A stretch of DNA of 61,543 nt, taken from positions 1 through 61,543 of the forward strand of contig JAOUEV010000013.1 in NCBI GenBank assembly GCA_029858565.1, written 5' to 3'. Positions 36,445 to 47,915 of this stretch are shown piece after piece. The notes under the pieces were generated by a model. It did not search any database. It saw only the letters and a list, made by a program, of their open reading frames with translations, and was not told where the DNA came from. The stretch comes from Nitrospirota bacterium (GTDB lineage Bacteria; Nitrospirota; UBA9217). Position 1 is the stretch's first letter. Every line of letters begins with the position of its first letter. A program made the position numbers and the translations under genes.

Positions 36445-37719
36445 TCAGTGCGTTACAGAAGCCCCCATTGTATCGCTCTCAGATACAGCATTTATTGCAA
36501 CATCGATCTCTTTTCCAATATCTGCCTCTACAGCTCCTGAAACAGTAACTCTGATATAGTTATCAGTCATCCCTTTGAATATCGAACCATTTTGCTGATG
36601 CTCGCCAGACTCGATCGCTACCCTGAGTGTGGAGCCAACGAACTTTCTCCTGAATATAAGGTTTTTTTGCAGTGCAAGTTCACGAAGGATCCTGCTTCTT
36701 TCCCTTTTATCTTCCTCATTAACCTGGTTTGGCATGGCTGCTGCGGCAGTACCGGGTCGCCTGGAATAGGTAAACACATGCAAATGTGTGATAGGACAAT
36801 CCCTGATCAGGCTCAAAGTATTCTCAAACTCCCGATCGCCTTCGCCAGGGAATCCCACGATCACATCAGCGCCAAGTGCAATTCCGGGAACTGATGCCGC
36901 AATGGAATGCATCAACTCACGGTAAAATCCGGAATCATAGTCTCGATTCATTGCCTTCAATATGGTGTCGTCCCCGCTCTGGAGCGGAACATGCAAGTGC
37001 CTGCACAGACCTCTGCCTGCCATAGACACAATATCCACAGAGACTTCCCGGGGTTCGATCGAACTGAGACGGATTCTGGCTTCCTTCCTTCGCGCAAGCA
37101 GTTCAACAAGAAGCTCTGACAAGGTTCTCCCGGGCTGTAGATCGAGCCCGTATTTCCCGATATGGATGCCGCTCAGAACGACTTCGGGAGTTCCCGATGA
37201 AACGGCTGTATCGAACTGTTCTACGACCTGCTGAAAATCTACGCTCCGCGACCGTCCCCTGGCATATGGGATGAGACAATAAGAACAGTAATTATCACAG
37301 CCGTCCTGGACCTTCAAGAACGACCTGGTCCTTCCCCCCGGGACAGGAACATCGGCCTGCTCCACTTTAGATGCGGATTTCCGCAGGTCCGTCATAACCG
37401 CTGGGATGAGACTGTCTTTATCCCGGTTGCTAATGACCGCGCTCACACCAGGTATCTTTCGTATCTCCTCTGGCCGCATTTCTGCATAACAGCCGGTCAC
37501 AATGACCTGTGCTCCTTTGCCCCTCCTTACAGCAGCCCTGATGGCCTGGCGGCACTGGTAATCGCTCTTTCCGGTGACGGAGCAGGTATTTATGACATAA
37601 ACGTCTGCTCTGTCCTCAAAGGGGACGATGGAACTCCCTCCGTCGACGGCTGCACGCACCATCTCTTCCGTCTCAACCTGGTTTATCTTGCACCCGAAAG
37701 AGGAAAATGCTATTCGCAT
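36445..37719 (-). CDS. mtaB: tRNA t6A37 methylthiotransferase MtaB
   Basis: GCKINQVE, NTCSVT, KVQDGCDNYCSYCLIP, HVFTYSRRPGT. Confidence 0.88.
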   Translation of the reverse strand: MRIAFSSFGCKINQVETEEMVRAAVDGGSSIVPFEDRADVYVINTCSVTGKSDYQCRQAIRAAVRRGKGAQVIVTGCYAEMRPEEIRKIPGVSAVISNRDKDSLIPAVMTDLRKSASKVEQADVPVPGGRTRSFLKVQDGCDNYCSYCLIPYARGRSRSVDFQQVVEQFDTAVSSGTPEVVLSGIHIGKYGLDLQPGRTLSELLVELLARRKEARIRLSSIEPREVSVDIVSMAGRGLCRHLHVPLQSGDDTILKAMNRDYDSGFYRELMHSIAASVPGIALGADVIVGFPGEGDREFENTLSLIRDCPITHLHVFTYSRRPGTAAAAMPNQVNEEDKRERSRILRELALQKNLIFRRKFVGSTLRVAIESGEHQQNGSIFKGMTDNYIRVTVSGAVEADIGKEIDVAINAVSESDTMGASVTH

Positions 37720-39023
37720 AGCTCACCACCCAAAGAGTTTGGGCCTGCTGAAGTGATACGCACCTTCGCCAGACTACCAACGAGGGAATCCGGTCCGGCA
37801 ACGTTCACAATTTTGTTGCCCCTGGTCCTCCCGGTAAGTTTTCCACCCCGTTTGCTCTTCCCTTCCACCAGGATCTCCTGGACTGTTCCTTTGTGGCGGT
37901 TGTTCCTTTCCAGCGTGATCGGTTTCTGTACTTCAAAGACCTTGTCCAAACGATCTTCTTTTACCGCCTCAGGGATGTGCCCAGCGAGTTTGAGCGCTGC
38001 GGTACCCGGCCGCTGTGAATATTTGAACGCAAAGATATTATCGTACCGCATCTCGCCCAGCAAGTGCAGCGTTTGTTCAAAATCTTCTTCATGCTCACCA
38101 GGGAAACCAACGATAATGTCCGTTGTCAGGACCATGTCCGGAACTGCATCCCGGAGTTTCCTGACCTTGTCCCGATATTCGGCTATTGTATACTTCCTGT
38201 TCATGGTCATGAGCACCTTATCAGATCCATGCTGAACAGGCAAATGCATGGATTCGCATACTTTCGGCAAATCCCGGAAGGCCTGAATAAGATCGTCGGA
38301 CAGGTCCTTGGGATGCGAAGTGACAAACCTGATCCGCTCGATGCCGCTGACATCGTTCAGTTTTCGCAGCAGATCCGGGAAGCAGTCTCCGGCAGCCCCA
38401 CCCTTTCCGTAGGAGTTGACATTCTGCCCAAGCAGGGTAACCTCTCTATACCCCCGGCCCGCCAGTTCGCGGACCTCTTGAACGATATCCGCAGATGGGC
38501 GCGATCGTTCGCGGCCACGAAGATAGGGAACCACGCAGTAGGTGCAGAAGTTATCGCATCCATACATGATAGACACCCATGCCTTGATGCGATCGCTGCG
38601 CGCAGCCGGCAGGGAACTGACATGATAGTCAGAATCCCCTTCTGTCGCGATCTCGGGACCACCGGTGCTACTGCTGCGTTTGATCATACCAGGCAGCCGT
38701 GCAATATCCGACGGACCGAGGATCATATCAACTGAAGGTACACGAGCCAGGATTTTACGGCCTTCCTGCTGGGCGATGCACCCGGCCACGGCGATAGCAA
38801 CCTTCTTTCCGCTGAGGTCTCGCATTCGCGTTAATCGTCCTAGTTCGCTGTAGAATTTCTGTTCGGCCTTTTCCCGTATACTGCAGGTGTTCAAAATGAT
38901 CACCTCAGCCGCATCCGGAGTATCAACTGCACAGAGCCCTTCCTGCTCAAGCAGACCGGACATGCGCTCGGAATCGTGCTCATTCATCTGACAGCCGAAT
39001 GTTATGATGTGGAACGATTTCAT
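37710..39023 (-). CDS. miaB: tRNA i6A37 methylthiotransferase MiaB
   Basis: GCQMNEHDSE, NTCSIREKAE, GCDNFCTYCVVPYLRGRERSR; TRAM domain. Confidence 0.93.
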   Translation of the reverse strand: MKSFHIITFGCQMNEHDSERMSGLLEQEGLCAVDTPDAAEVIILNTCSIREKAEQKFYSELGRLTRMRDLSGKKVAIAVAGCIAQQEGRKILARVPSVDMILGPSDIARLPGMIKRSSSTGGPEIATEGDSDYHVSSLPAARSDRIKAWVSIMYGCDNFCTYCVVPYLRGRERSRPSADIVQEVRELAGRGYREVTLLGQNVNSYGKGGAAGDCFPDLLRKLNDVSGIERIRFVTSHPKDLSDDLIQAFRDLPKVCESMHLPVQHGSDKVLMTMNRKYTIAEYRDKVRKLRDAVPDMVLTTDIIVGFPGEHEEDFEQTLHLLGEMRYDNIFAFKYSQRPGTAALKLAGHIPEAVKEDRLDKVFEVQKPITLERNNRHKGTVQEILVEGKSKRGGKLTGRTRGNKIVNVAGPDSLVGSLAKVRITSAGPNSLGGELCE

Positions 39024-39093
39024 TGTTAGGGTATTATAAAGCCGGAAGGGCAGCGTTACAAGGACTTAGACCGGGCCGGGATCGAACCTTAGT

Positions 39094-39897
39094 TTATGCG
39101 GATTTCGACAAAACCCTGATAACCTCACCGCGCTTGAGCGACAGGGCAGATCGCGCATTCTGACGGAACATGAAGATCTCCAGATGGCCGTTGCTGTTGA
39201 TAAGAGCACCCAGTTCCCCGGGCGCGGCTTCCGCATAGAACTTCTTCAGCCCACGGATCTCCTTACCACCGATCTGAATGATCACCGTTCCTTGCTGCCC
39301 TTCCGGAAGGAACGCCTGTAGATCCTTGGACATAACATTGGTGATCATGTTGCCGTAGCGGTCAATATGGACAACGTGACCATCCAAACCGGTATCGGTC
39401 CCCTTGACCGAGGGAACATTCAGTTTCACAAAATCAGTTATCTCGTCACCGAAATTCCCTGATGGGATACCTTTGGTCAACCACCCGGCGACCGGCGCGA
39501 AAATGTCACGGCCATGAAATGTGGGGCCCGGATTGGATATGAAATAATGCGCCGCAGTGATATGATGCACGCGAAGCCGCTCGGCATCCCTATAGACCAG
39601 GCTGAAGAGCCCGTTATCTGGGCCAACAAAATAATAGCTTTCAGTAACCACAATAATAGGACGTCGTCCGCTGCCGACACCTGGATCAACAACCGCGAGA
39701 TGGATGGTTCCCTTGGGGAAATGCGTGTAAGATTCGCGAAGGGTGAACGCCGCTTCCCATATGTCCTGGGGAGCGATCTCATGAGTGATATCCACGAACT
39801 GCGCCTGAGGACTGGTCTTAAGGATCGTCCCCTTAAGACTTGACACGAACGAGTCGCGGGTTCCATAATCGGTCAGCAAAGTAATCAAGTTCGCCAT
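39094..39897 (-). CDS. SAM hydroxide adenosyltransferase (DUF62, chlorinase/fluorinase family)
   Basis: LLTDYG, VVDPGVGS, GPDNGL, TFHGRDIFAP. Confidence 0.9.
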   Translation of the reverse strand: MANLITLLTDYGTRDSFVSSLKGTILKTSPQAQFVDITHEIAPQDIWEAAFTLRESYTHFPKGTIHLAVVDPGVGSGRRPIIVVTESYYFVGPDNGLFSLVYRDAERLRVHHITAAHYFISNPGPTFHGRDIFAPVAGWLTKGIPSGNFGDEITDFVKLNVPSVKGTDTGLDGHVVHIDRYGNMITNVMSKDLQAFLPEGQQGTVIIQIGGKEIRGLKKFYAEAAPGELGALINSNGHLEIFMFRQNARSALSLKRGEVIRVLSKSA

Positions 39898-40055
39898 TCA
39901 TATCCCTCGCGTACAGCCATCAGCTTCATGAAGCTGCAAAAAATAATATCAGTACCTGAACGGGAAGTCAACTATGCTAAAAGGAACAATTTCCGCCAGC
40001 CGAGGAGTCATGGTCACCGGCTGCCGGGAGGCTCATTTCCATTCTGTGACGCGCT

Positions 40056-40679
40056 CTAAACCGTTGTACTACCGGTGACAGGCTTCTTTTGACCGATCTT
40101 CGGTTCCTCACCATTCACAAGGCGTTTTATGTTCTCCCGATGGCGATAGTAGATCATGGCGAACAGGAACAACGCAAGGAGCTGCTGTGCTCGGTCATCC
40201 GGCTTCAGAGAAAAAACCATGAGCGGATAGGCTGCAAAAGCTATAAGAGCCGCGAGCGACGAATATTTCCACAGGATTGCAGATCCCAACCATGTCAGAA
40301 GGCATATAAAGCCGAACCACGGCGCCATCCCCAGGGAAACGCCGAATCCAGTCGCAACCCCTTTGCCGCCCCGAAAACTGAGATACAAAGGATAGAGATG
40401 TCCGAGAAACGACGTAACGCCCGCAGCGACCTGCACGACAGGATCATCAAAAAACCGTCCGGCAATATAGACGGGAAGAAAGCCTTTCAGACCATCAGCA
40501 AGCAGTGTCAGTACCGCGGCCTTCTTGCCAGCTGCCCGGAGCACATTCGTGGCGCCGATGTTTCCGCTGCCTACGGTTCTGACATCGATACCGCCAAAGA
40601 GCTTCGTAAAGAACAGTCCGAACGGGATCGCTCCGATGAGGTAAGCGGCCACAATATAGATATACGCGGTGATATCCAT
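40056..40679 (-). CDS. plsY: Glycerol-3-phosphate acyltransferase PlsY
   Basis: GSGNIGATNVLR, GHLYP..FRGGKGVAT, RHRENIKRL. Confidence 0.95.
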   Translation of the reverse strand: MDITAYIYIVAAYLIGAIPFGLFFTKLFGGIDVRTVGSGNIGATNVLRAAGKKAAVLTLLADGLKGFLPVYIAGRFFDDPVVQVAAGVTSFLGHLYPLYLSFRGGKGVATGFGVSLGMAPWFGFICLLTWLGSAILWKYSSLAALIAFAAYPLMVFSLKPDDRAQQLLALFLFAMIYYRHRENIKRLVNGEEPKIGQKKPVTGSTTV

Positions 40680-40686
40680 TACGACC

Positions 40687-41226
40687 TCAATCGAGGTTCC
40701 TCCAGTAGTTCACGAAATACTGCGCACCCGACACGATGGCGAGGACCAGCGCGGACCAGAGCGCAGCACTGCCGAGCAGTTCAATCCAGGGGGATTCAAA
40801 GTAGTGATTGGACACCAGTGACAGTATGGCCGTTATCTGAGCGCCAACCTTGTACTTTCCCATGTTCTCGGCCGGGATCACAATCCCGTCGCTCGCGGCC
40901 ATGGCCCGCAGGCCCGTCACCGCGAACTCCCTGCCGATAATGACTATGACAATCCACGCCGGTGCTCGGGTTGGGTCCACTTCCACCAGCATGATGAGCG
41001 CAGATGCAATGAGCAGTTTGTCCGCCACCGGATCGAGCAGTTTCCCGATCTTTGTGACCTGGCCCCACTTTCTGGCAAGATACCCGTCGAGCCAGTCTGT
41101 GATCGATGCCAGGGCAAAGATGATCCCGGCAGCCAATGCCCGAGTCGGTGATGGATGCAGCATGAGCACGACGAATATCGGTATCGAAAGAATCCTGCTT
41201 ATGGACAGCAAGTTCGGCACATTCAC
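40687..41226 (-). CDS. pgsA: CDP-diacylglycerol--glycerol-3-phosphate 3-phosphatidyltransferase
   Basis: NVPNLLS, TDWLDGYLAR..GKLLDPVADK, GREFAVTGLR; GTG start overlapping the upstream stop. Confidence 0.93.
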   Translation of the reverse strand: MNVPNLLSISRILSIPIFVVLMLHPSPTRALAAGIIFALASITDWLDGYLARKWGQVTKIGKLLDPVADKLLIASALIMLVEVDPTRAPAWIVIVIIGREFAVTGLRAMAASDGIVIPAENMGKYKVGAQITAILSLVSNHYFESPWIELLGSAALWSALVLAIVSGAQYFVNYWRNLD

Positions 41227-42122
41227 GGCTGTCGCCTCCACCTGCGGTGCATCCACACCCATTGTTCGGGATGACGGTAGATAGCTTTCTCAATTCTTTT
41301 TGTCAGAACGGCGGTATTCACCAACACATCCTTTTCCGCATTGCCGGTCTTTTCTATGTCCAACGGTCCTTCGATGGTAATTCTGTGACGATCATCAGGA
41401 AGCCGTTCTATATACCCAAAAACAACAGGAGCATCGAACTTGATCGCCATCGATGCCGCGGCTGAAGGTGTCCAGGCTGGCCTGCCCATGAAATCTACGA
41501 ACACCCCGTCCACATCCGTATCCTGGTCGATCAGCAGCCCCATAACGCGCTTTTCGCGGAATACCCTGATTAGCTCCTTTGTGGCGCCCGGCCTGCTCCT
41601 GACGATCGTGCGCACTCCCAGCTTTTCCCGCAGATCTATGATCGTGTCATTGACGGCATCAGGTTCGATAGGCGCAGCGATAACGCTCAGTGGGCATTCT
41701 GCTGCAACCGCTCCTGCCATGATCTCCCAATTTCCGATATGACCGGTCACGAAGACCAACCCTTTCCCCTGTAAGAGCGCTCCATGCAGATTCTCGAGGC
41801 CTCTCCATTCGATGAGTGCCTGGATCTTATCGCCGGTAAGAGCGACGGCCTCAAGAAGCGACTTCCCCAGATGGACAAACATCGCTTTCGCAGTTCTGCG
41901 TACCCAGACAGGTCCCTTTTCTGGAAACACCGCTGTCAAGTTGTCCATGGCGCGTTTACGATCGCGTGGAAGGAGATAGAACGCTATCGACCCGAGCCAT
42001 CCGCCGGACAGCACAGCCAGGCGAAAAGGGAGAAAACTTGCCACGGTACGGATGCAGCCAACAAGAACAACGAGCGACATCCTGCTAAGGCGCTTTCGCG
42101 CTATGGTGAACCAGCGTCTCAT
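41223..42122 (-). CDS. Lipid A lauroyl-type acyltransferase (LpxL/HtrB family)
   Basis: GHIGNWE, LIDQD, PEQWVWMHRRW. Confidence 0.88.
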   Translation of the reverse strand: MRRWFTIARKRLSRMSLVVLVGCIRTVASFLPFRLAVLSGGWLGSIAFYLLPRDRKRAMDNLTAVFPEKGPVWVRRTAKAMFVHLGKSLLEAVALTGDKIQALIEWRGLENLHGALLQGKGLVFVTGHIGNWEIMAGAVAAECPLSVIAAPIEPDAVNDTIIDLREKLGVRTIVRSRPGATKELIRVFREKRVMGLLIDQDTDVDGVFVDFMGRPAWTPSAAASMAIKFDAPVVFGYIERLPDDRHRITIEGPLDIEKTGNAEKDVLVNTAVLTKRIEKAIYRHPEQWVWMHRRWRRQP

Positions 42123-42664
42123 GCCGCTGGAAGCGCATTCTTGCTTTTTAAAATGAAACTGACCACTTCGCGGACAGCACCCCGTCCGCCAGCGGCGAGC
42201 GTGACCAGATGCGCCGCTGGCAGCACTGAAGGATCAGCGTCAGCGACACAGGCAGCAAATCCCACCCGCTGCATAATATCGAGGTCGACTACATCATCCC
42301 CGATGTACGCAACCTGATCATCGGTCAATGCGTATTTTGCAAGAAGAGACTCGTAGACCGCGATCTTTTGCTTGGCTCCTTGGTGGACCTCGTCGATCGC
42401 AAGTTCCCTGGCCCGAACGTTCACCACTTCGGCTTTTCTGCCTGTTATGATCCCAATAATGATGCCTGCCCGCTGTGCCAGTTTAATTCCATGGCCATCG
42501 CGAACATGAAATGCCTTCAGTTCATTCCCCTGGTTGTCCAGGATTATCCGGCCATCGGTCAGGACACCATCAACATCAAGAAGCAACATCCGCACAGAGC
42601 GAGCTCTGGACCTGAGAGACGGCCGAGCCGGCCCCTTTTTGCTCTTTGATTTCATCGCCATCAC
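42119..42664 (-). CDS. kdsC: KDO 8-phosphate phosphatase
   Basis: DVDGVLTDG, FHVRDG, GDDVVD, GGRGAVREV. Confidence 0.93.
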   Translation of the reverse strand: MMAMKSKSKKGPARPSLRSRARSVRMLLLDVDGVLTDGRIILDNQGNELKAFHVRDGHGIKLAQRAGIIIGIITGRKAEVVNVRARELAIDEVHQGAKQKIAVYESLLAKYALTDDQVAYIGDDVVDLDIMQRVGFAACVADADPSVLPAAHLVTLAAGGRGAVREVVSFILKSKNALPAA

Positions 42665-43632
42665 ACGACCCCCGCTTTCAGGAGATCATGCAGATGGATC
42701 ACCCCCTCAGGCCTGCCATCCCTGTCCAGGATGAGAAGACAGGTGATCGAGTTTGATTCCATGATGGAGACCGCTTCGGCGGCAAGGGCGTCCCGGAATA
42801 TGACCTTGGGATTTTTCGTCATGATCTCAAACGCCTTCTTTGCCAGAAGGTTCTCACCGTTCCTTTCCGTTCGTTCCATCCATCTCCGGAGATCGCCGTC
42901 TGAGATCAGCCCGACGAGCCTCCCCTGCCCATCCACCACCGCAGTGATACCCATCTTTTTGGATGAGATCTCATAGATTGCGTTCTTGATCAGAGTGTCT
43001 TCAATTACCATGGGAACGGCATCACCCGTATGCATCAGATCACGGACCCTGAGAAGCAGCCGTTTCCCGAGCGATCCGCCAGGATGATAACAGGCGAAGT
43101 CCTCCTCCCGGAACCCTCGTTTGTCAAGCAGCACAACGGCAATGGCGTCGCCCATTGCCAATGTAGCGGTAGTGCTTGCTGTCGGAGCAAGACCTAGCGG
43201 ACAGGCTTCCTCGGCGACACCCACATCGATGACCACATCGCTGTTCTTTGCAAGAGTAGAGTCCTTGTTTCCGGTCAATGCGATGATCTTGATGCCGATC
43301 CGCTTGAGCGACGGCAGCATGCGGCTCAATTCGTCGGTCTCGCCGCTGTTTGAAATAGCGATAACGACATCGCCCCGCGTTACCATGCCGAGGTCACCAT
43401 GGATACCTTCAGCAGGATGCAGAAACAGCGCCGGGGTGCCTGTCGATGCAAGGGTCGCGGCGATCTTGTTGCCGATATGTCCCGACTTCCCCATGCCCGT
43501 TACCACTACGCGGCCCTTGCAGTTCAGGATCATATCAACTGCCGTCTCAAAGCCCGCGTCGACCCGGTCTATCAACCGGGCGATCGCGTCGGCTTCGATC
43601 CGCAAGACTCGTTTTGCCTGTTCAATGCTCAT
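42661..43632 (-). CDS. kdsD: Arabinose-5-phosphate isomerase (KpsF/GutQ)
   Basis: GMGKSGHIG, HPAEGIHGDLG, APTASTT, CBS pair. Confidence 0.93.
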   Translation of the reverse strand: MSIEQAKRVLRIEADAIARLIDRVDAGFETAVDMILNCKGRVVVTGMGKSGHIGNKIAATLASTGTPALFLHPAEGIHGDLGMVTRGDVVIAISNSGETDELSRMLPSLKRIGIKIIALTGNKDSTLAKNSDVVIDVGVAEEACPLGLAPTASTTATLAMGDAIAVVLLDKRGFREEDFACYHPGGSLGKRLLLRVRDLMHTGDAVPMVIEDTLIKNAIYEISSKKMGITAVVDGQGRLVGLISDGDLRRWMERTERNGENLLAKKAFEIMTKNPKVIFRDALAAEAVSIMESNSITCLLILDRDGRPEGVIHLHDLLKAGVV

Positions 43633-44450
43633 CCTTTCACCGCTTTCTCTATCTCCTGAACCTGCTTCAGCAAAGCGGGCAGGTCGTCCATGCTGAGCAT
43701 GTTCGGACCGTCGCAGAGCGCCTTTTCTGGACAGGAGTGGACCTCCATAAAAAGAGCATCGATCCCGACCGCTGCTGCGGCGCGGGTCAGATGCGGCACG
43801 AACCTGCGGTCCCCTGATGACGCCGTACCGGCGCCTCCGGGCATTTGCACGGCATGGGTCGCATCGAACACCACAGGATAGCCGAAATCACGCATGATGG
43901 GAAGTGAGCGCATATCTACCACCAGATTGTTGTATCCAAAAGACACCCCCCGTTCCGTGATCAGGATATTCGAATTGCCGGCGGACTCCACTTTCTCGAT
44001 TGCGTTCTTGATGTCCCAGGGGGCCAGGAACTGTCCTTTCTTGATGTTCACGACCCTGCCGGTGCGCGCGGTCTCCACGAGCAGATCGGTCTGGCGCGAC
44101 AGGAATGCAGGGATCTGGATCACATCAAGCACCTCGGCTGCGGGAGCGATCTCCTCGAAGCGGTGGATGTCCGAGAGGACCGGCACCTGCAGATCCTTCT
44201 TGATCACCGAAAGGATCCGCAATCCTTCCTTGATACCCGGTCCGCGATAGGAGCGCGCCGAGCTCCGGTTCGCTTTGTCGTAAGAGGATTTAAAGATAAG
44301 AGGGATCTTGAGTTCCGTAGTGATCTTAACAAGCCTCTCCGCCGCATCCCGCGTGGAGGACTCCGATTCTATAGCGCAGGGCCCTGCGATAAGGACAATG
44401 GGCCGGTTGCCTCCGATGGTACGACCTGCGAAGGATATTTCCCTGGTCAC
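43629..44450 (-). CDS. kdsA: KDO 8-phosphate synthase
   Basis: [30 protein letters not shown]. Confidence 0.96.
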   Translation of the reverse strand: MTREISFAGRTIGGNRPIVLIAGPCAIESESSTRDAAERLVKITTELKIPLIFKSSYDKANRSSARSYRGPGIKEGLRILSVIKKDLQVPVLSDIHRFEEIAPAAEVLDVIQIPAFLSRQTDLLVETARTGRVVNIKKGQFLAPWDIKNAIEKVESAGNSNILITERGVSFGYNNLVVDMRSLPIMRDFGYPVVFDATHAVQMPGGAGTASSGDRRFVPHLTRAAAAVGIDALFMEVHSCPEKALCDGPNMLSMDDLPALLKQVQEIEKAVKG

Positions 44451-46108
44451 GGTTTGTTCCTCTGCTCACGGTTCTTGAGCGAAGCATCGATGAACGCCGT
44501 AAAGAGCGGATGGGGATTCCGCGGAGTGGATTTGAATTCGGGATGGAACTGGCAGCCCAGGAACCAGGGGTGGTCCTTGATCTCAACGATCTCCACCAGG
44601 TTGCCGTCGGGAGATGTCCCGCTGATCACAAGCCCTGCTTTAACAAGCTGTTCGCGATATGCGTTATTGAACTCATAGCGGTGACGATGCCGCTCCATGA
44701 TGCTCTGAGCGCCGTAGGCATCCCCGGCGAATGTCCCTGCAGTCAGGTTACAGGGATAGGCGCCAAGCCTCATGCTCCCACCCTTGTTCGAGGAGCTGTC
44801 CCGTTTCTGGACCGTATCTGTCCGGTAGTCATACCATTTCTCGATAAGATAGATCACCGGGTGGCTGGTGTTCTGATCGAACTCGGTGCTGTTCGCGCCG
44901 GGAAGCTCCGCAAGGTTGCGGGCAGCTTCGATCACAGCGCATTGCATACCGAGACAGATGCCGAAATAGGGTATCTTGTTCTCCCGGGCATACCTGACCG
45001 TCGCGATCTTCCCTTCCACGCCTCGGATACCGAAGCCGCCCGGCACCAGGATGCCATCCATGCCCTGGAGCATGGCATCAGCTCCTTTTGCCTCGATCTC
45101 TTCAGAATCCACCCAACGGAGGGTAACTTTGGAATCATTGGCAATTCCGCCGTGGGTCAAGGCCTCACAGAGACTCTTGTAAGATTCTTTCAGGTCGACA
45201 TACTTGCCAACCAGGGCGATGGTCACCATTTTCAGGGGTTCCTTGACCCGTTTGACGATCGCTTTCCACTTGGCCAGATCCCCCTGAGGAGCCGCTTTTA
45301 GATTTAACATCTCCACAATGCGATCGTCGATGCCCTCTTCATGCAGGTGGAGTGGAACCTCGTAGATAGTCTCCACGTCCTGCGCAGTGATCACCGCGTT
45401 CTCGTCCACATTGCAAAAGAGCGCGATCTTCCGCTTCATTTCCCGGGGAATCGGCATTTCACTGCGGCAGAGCAGAATGTTCGGCTGAATACCGATGGAC
45501 TGGAGTTCCTTGACGCTGTGCTGCGTGGGTTTGGTCTTAAGCTCGCCGGCGGCCCTGATGTAAGGCACCAGTGTGAGATGGAGATAGAGATAATTCCCTT
45601 TTCCCAGGGTGTAGCGCATCTGGCGGATCGCTTCCAGAAAAGGAAGGCTCTCGATATCGCCGATCGTACCGCCGATCTCAACGATAACGATATCCTCGTC
45701 GTTCGCAAGGTCCGTGATGGCGCGCTTGATCTCGTCGGTGACATGCGGGACCACCTGTACGGTCCCGCCGAGGTAATCGCCCCGCCGCTCCTTGGCGATG
45801 ACGTTATAATAGATCCTGCCGGAGGTGTAGTTGTTCTTCTGGCTCGTGGTGACCGTGCAGTACCGTTCGTAATGCCCCAGGTCGAGGTCGGTCTCGGCAC
45901 CATCGTCGGTCACAAAGACCTCTCCGTGCTGAAAAGGACTCATCGTGCCGGGATCAACGTTTATGTAGGGATCGAGCTTCAGGAAGGTGACCTTGAGGCC
46001 GCGCGCTTCGAGCAGGGCGCCGATCGACGATGCCGCAAGCCCTTTTCCAAGAGAGGAGACCACGCCGCCGGTGACGAAAATATACTTGGTTGCTTTTTTA
46101 TCGGCCAT
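44447..46108 (-). CDS. pyrG: CTP synthase
   Basis: [32 protein letters not shown]. Confidence 0.97.
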   Translation of the reverse strand: MADKKATKYIFVTGGVVSSLGKGLAASSIGALLEARGLKVTFLKLDPYINVDPGTMSPFQHGEVFVTDDGAETDLDLGHYERYCTVTTSQKNNYTSGRIYYNVIAKERRGDYLGGTVQVVPHVTDEIKRAITDLANDEDIVIVEIGGTIGDIESLPFLEAIRQMRYTLGKGNYLYLHLTLVPYIRAAGELKTKPTQHSVKELQSIGIQPNILLCRSEMPIPREMKRKIALFCNVDENAVITAQDVETIYEVPLHLHEEGIDDRIVEMLNLKAAPQGDLAKWKAIVKRVKEPLKMVTIALVGKYVDLKESYKSLCEALTHGGIANDSKVTLRWVDSEEIEAKGADAMLQGMDGILVPGGFGIRGVEGKIATVRYARENKIPYFGICLGMQCAVIEAARNLAELPGANSTEFDQNTSHPVIYLIEKWYDYRTDTVQKRDSSSNKGGSMRLGAYPCNLTAGTFAGDAYGAQSIMERHRHRYEFNNAYREQLVKAGLVISGTSPDGNLVEIVEIKDHPWFLGCQFHPEFKSTPRNPHPLFTAFIDASLKNREQRNKP

Positions 46109-46109
46109 G

Positions 46110-46880
46110 CTATCCCCTGCCTTCCTCAAGACATTTCAGTATTTTACTCAAATCATCCGGGATGTCAACTCCAAAGGACTGGTGCTTAGTTACGACCACC
46201 CGTATCCGATACCCCTGTTCCAGCGCGCGTAATTGTTCGAGCTTTTCGCTCTCTTCGAGCGGCGTCGAGGGCATCTTCGCGTAGGATAGCAGGAACTCAC
46301 GGCGGTAAACGTACAGGCCGATGTGCTTGTATCGTTCAACCGGCGAAGCGAGCTGCCCTGATATCCCTATTCCATCCCTGTCCCACGGGATCGGGGCTCG
46401 GGAAAAATAGAGCGCGAATCCCTTCTTGTCCATAACGACCTTTACTACGTTCGGGTCGGTTGTTTCCTTCTGGTCAGTGATCAAGGTAGCTATGGTTCCC
46501 ATGGGTATCAAGGGGTCATCAGCCAGCGGCCTGACGGCCTCGTCGATCATTTCGTGCCGGATCAGCGGCTCGTCTCCTTGCACATTTACCACGATATCGC
46601 AGTCAAGAATTCCGGCAACTTCAGCAATACGATCGGTTCCTGTCGCATGGTCTACCGAGGTCATCATCGCCTCTCCGCCGAACATCATTACTGCGTCCCT
46701 GATGCGAACGTCATCGGTCGCAACGATAACTCGATCAAGAAGTGCTGACCTTTTTGTCCGTTCATAGACCCATTGGATCATCGGCCGGCCCTGGATCGAG
46801 GCAAGTGATTTTCCGGGAAACCTCGTTGATCCAAATCGCGCGGGGATCACGGCAATGATAGAGGGTTTCTTATCTTTCAT
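46110..46880 (-). CDS. kdsB: CMP-KDO synthetase
   Basis: [39 protein letters not shown]. Confidence 0.96.
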   Translation of the reverse strand: MKDKKPSIIAVIPARFGSTRFPGKSLASIQGRPMIQWVYERTKRSALLDRVIVATDDVRIRDAVMMFGGEAMMTSVDHATGTDRIAEVAGILDCDIVVNVQGDEPLIRHEMIDEAVRPLADDPLIPMGTIATLITDQKETTDPNVVKVVMDKKGFALYFSRAPIPWDRDGIGISGQLASPVERYKHIGLYVYRREFLLSYAKMPSTPLEESEKLEQLRALEQGYRIRVVVTKHQSFGVDIPDDLSKILKCLEEGRG

Positions 46881-46908
46881 AATATTCGGCCTCGAATGTT
46901 TCGACCCT

Positions 46909-47856
46909 TTACCCCGCCAACTCCGCCTTGAAGAACGCGATCGTACGCTTCAGTCCTTCATCGACGCTCACCTTCGGCTGCCATCCCAGTTTCTGTTTCG
47001 CCAGGGTGATATCCGGCTGACGCTGCGTCGGATCATCGGACGGAAGCGGTTTGTACACGATCTTTGACTTCGATCCGGTCATGGCAACGATCTTCTTCGC
47101 GAAATCGAGAATCGTGTACTCCTCGGGGTTACCCAGGTTGACCGGTCCGGTGAAGTCAGGCGTTTCCATCGTACGCACGATACCGTCGATCAGGTCATCG
47201 ACGTAGCAGAAGGATCGCGTTTGCTGGCCTTGCCCGTAGACGGTAATGTCATTACCGCGCAGCGCCTGAACAATGAAATTGCTAACCACCCTGCCGTCGT
47301 CGGGCAGCATGCGCGGCCCGTAGGTGTTGAAGATGCGTATGATCCTGACATCCACCCGGTTCTGGCGATGGTAGTCCATGGTGAAGGTCTCTGCAACACG
47401 CTTTCCTTCATCATAACAGCTCCGGATGCCGATCGTGTTCACGTTCCCCCAGTAGTCCTCTTTTTGGGGATGCACCTTGGGATCGCCGTAGACCTCGGAT
47501 GTCGAGGCGAGCAGGAACCTCGCCTTGACCCGCTTGGCAAGTCCGAGCATATTCAATGTTCCGATCACATTTGTCTTGGCCGTTTTGACGGGATTGTACT
47601 GGTAATGGATCGGCGATGCGGGGCAAGCCAAGTGATAGATGCGGTCAACTTCCAGCAGGATCGGCTCGACAATATCGTGGCGGACCAGTTCAAAAGCAGG
47701 ATTCACGAGGAACGGCAAGATGTTCTTCTTGCTGCCGGTGAAAAAATTGTCCAAACACAGCACTTCGTGACCTTCCCGAAGGAGCCGTTCGCTCAGATGG
47801 GACCCGAGGAATCCCGCGCCGCCTGTCACCAGTATTCTCATATTGTCCTCTCGCAC
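46909..47856 (-). CDS. UDP-glucuronate decarboxylase
   Basis: [30 protein letters not shown]. Confidence 0.92.
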   Translation of the reverse strand: MREDNMRILVTGGAGFLGSHLSERLLREGHEVLCLDNFFTGSKKNILPFLVNPAFELVRHDIVEPILLEVDRIYHLACPASPIHYQYNPVKTAKTNVIGTLNMLGLAKRVKARFLLASTSEVYGDPKVHPQKEDYWGNVNTIGIRSCYDEGKRVAETFTMDYHRQNRVDVRIIRIFNTYGPRMLPDDGRVVSNFIVQALRGNDITVYGQGQQTRSFCYVDDLIDGIVRTMETPDFTGPVNLGNPEEYTILDFAKKIVAMTGSKSKIVYKPLPSDDPTQRQPDITLAKQKLGWQPKVSVDEGLKRTIAFFKAELAG

Positions 47857-47915
47857 ACGCCCCTGATCCGTAGTCTAGACTCCGGCAGATGAGCAGGATA
47901 GCATCGCCCTTCGTT

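Noticed and set aside
40089-46189. Long plus-strand ORFs (40089-40940, 44510-45301, 45341-46189)
   Set aside because: Antisense to plsY/pgsA/pyrG; expected in GC-rich coding DNA.
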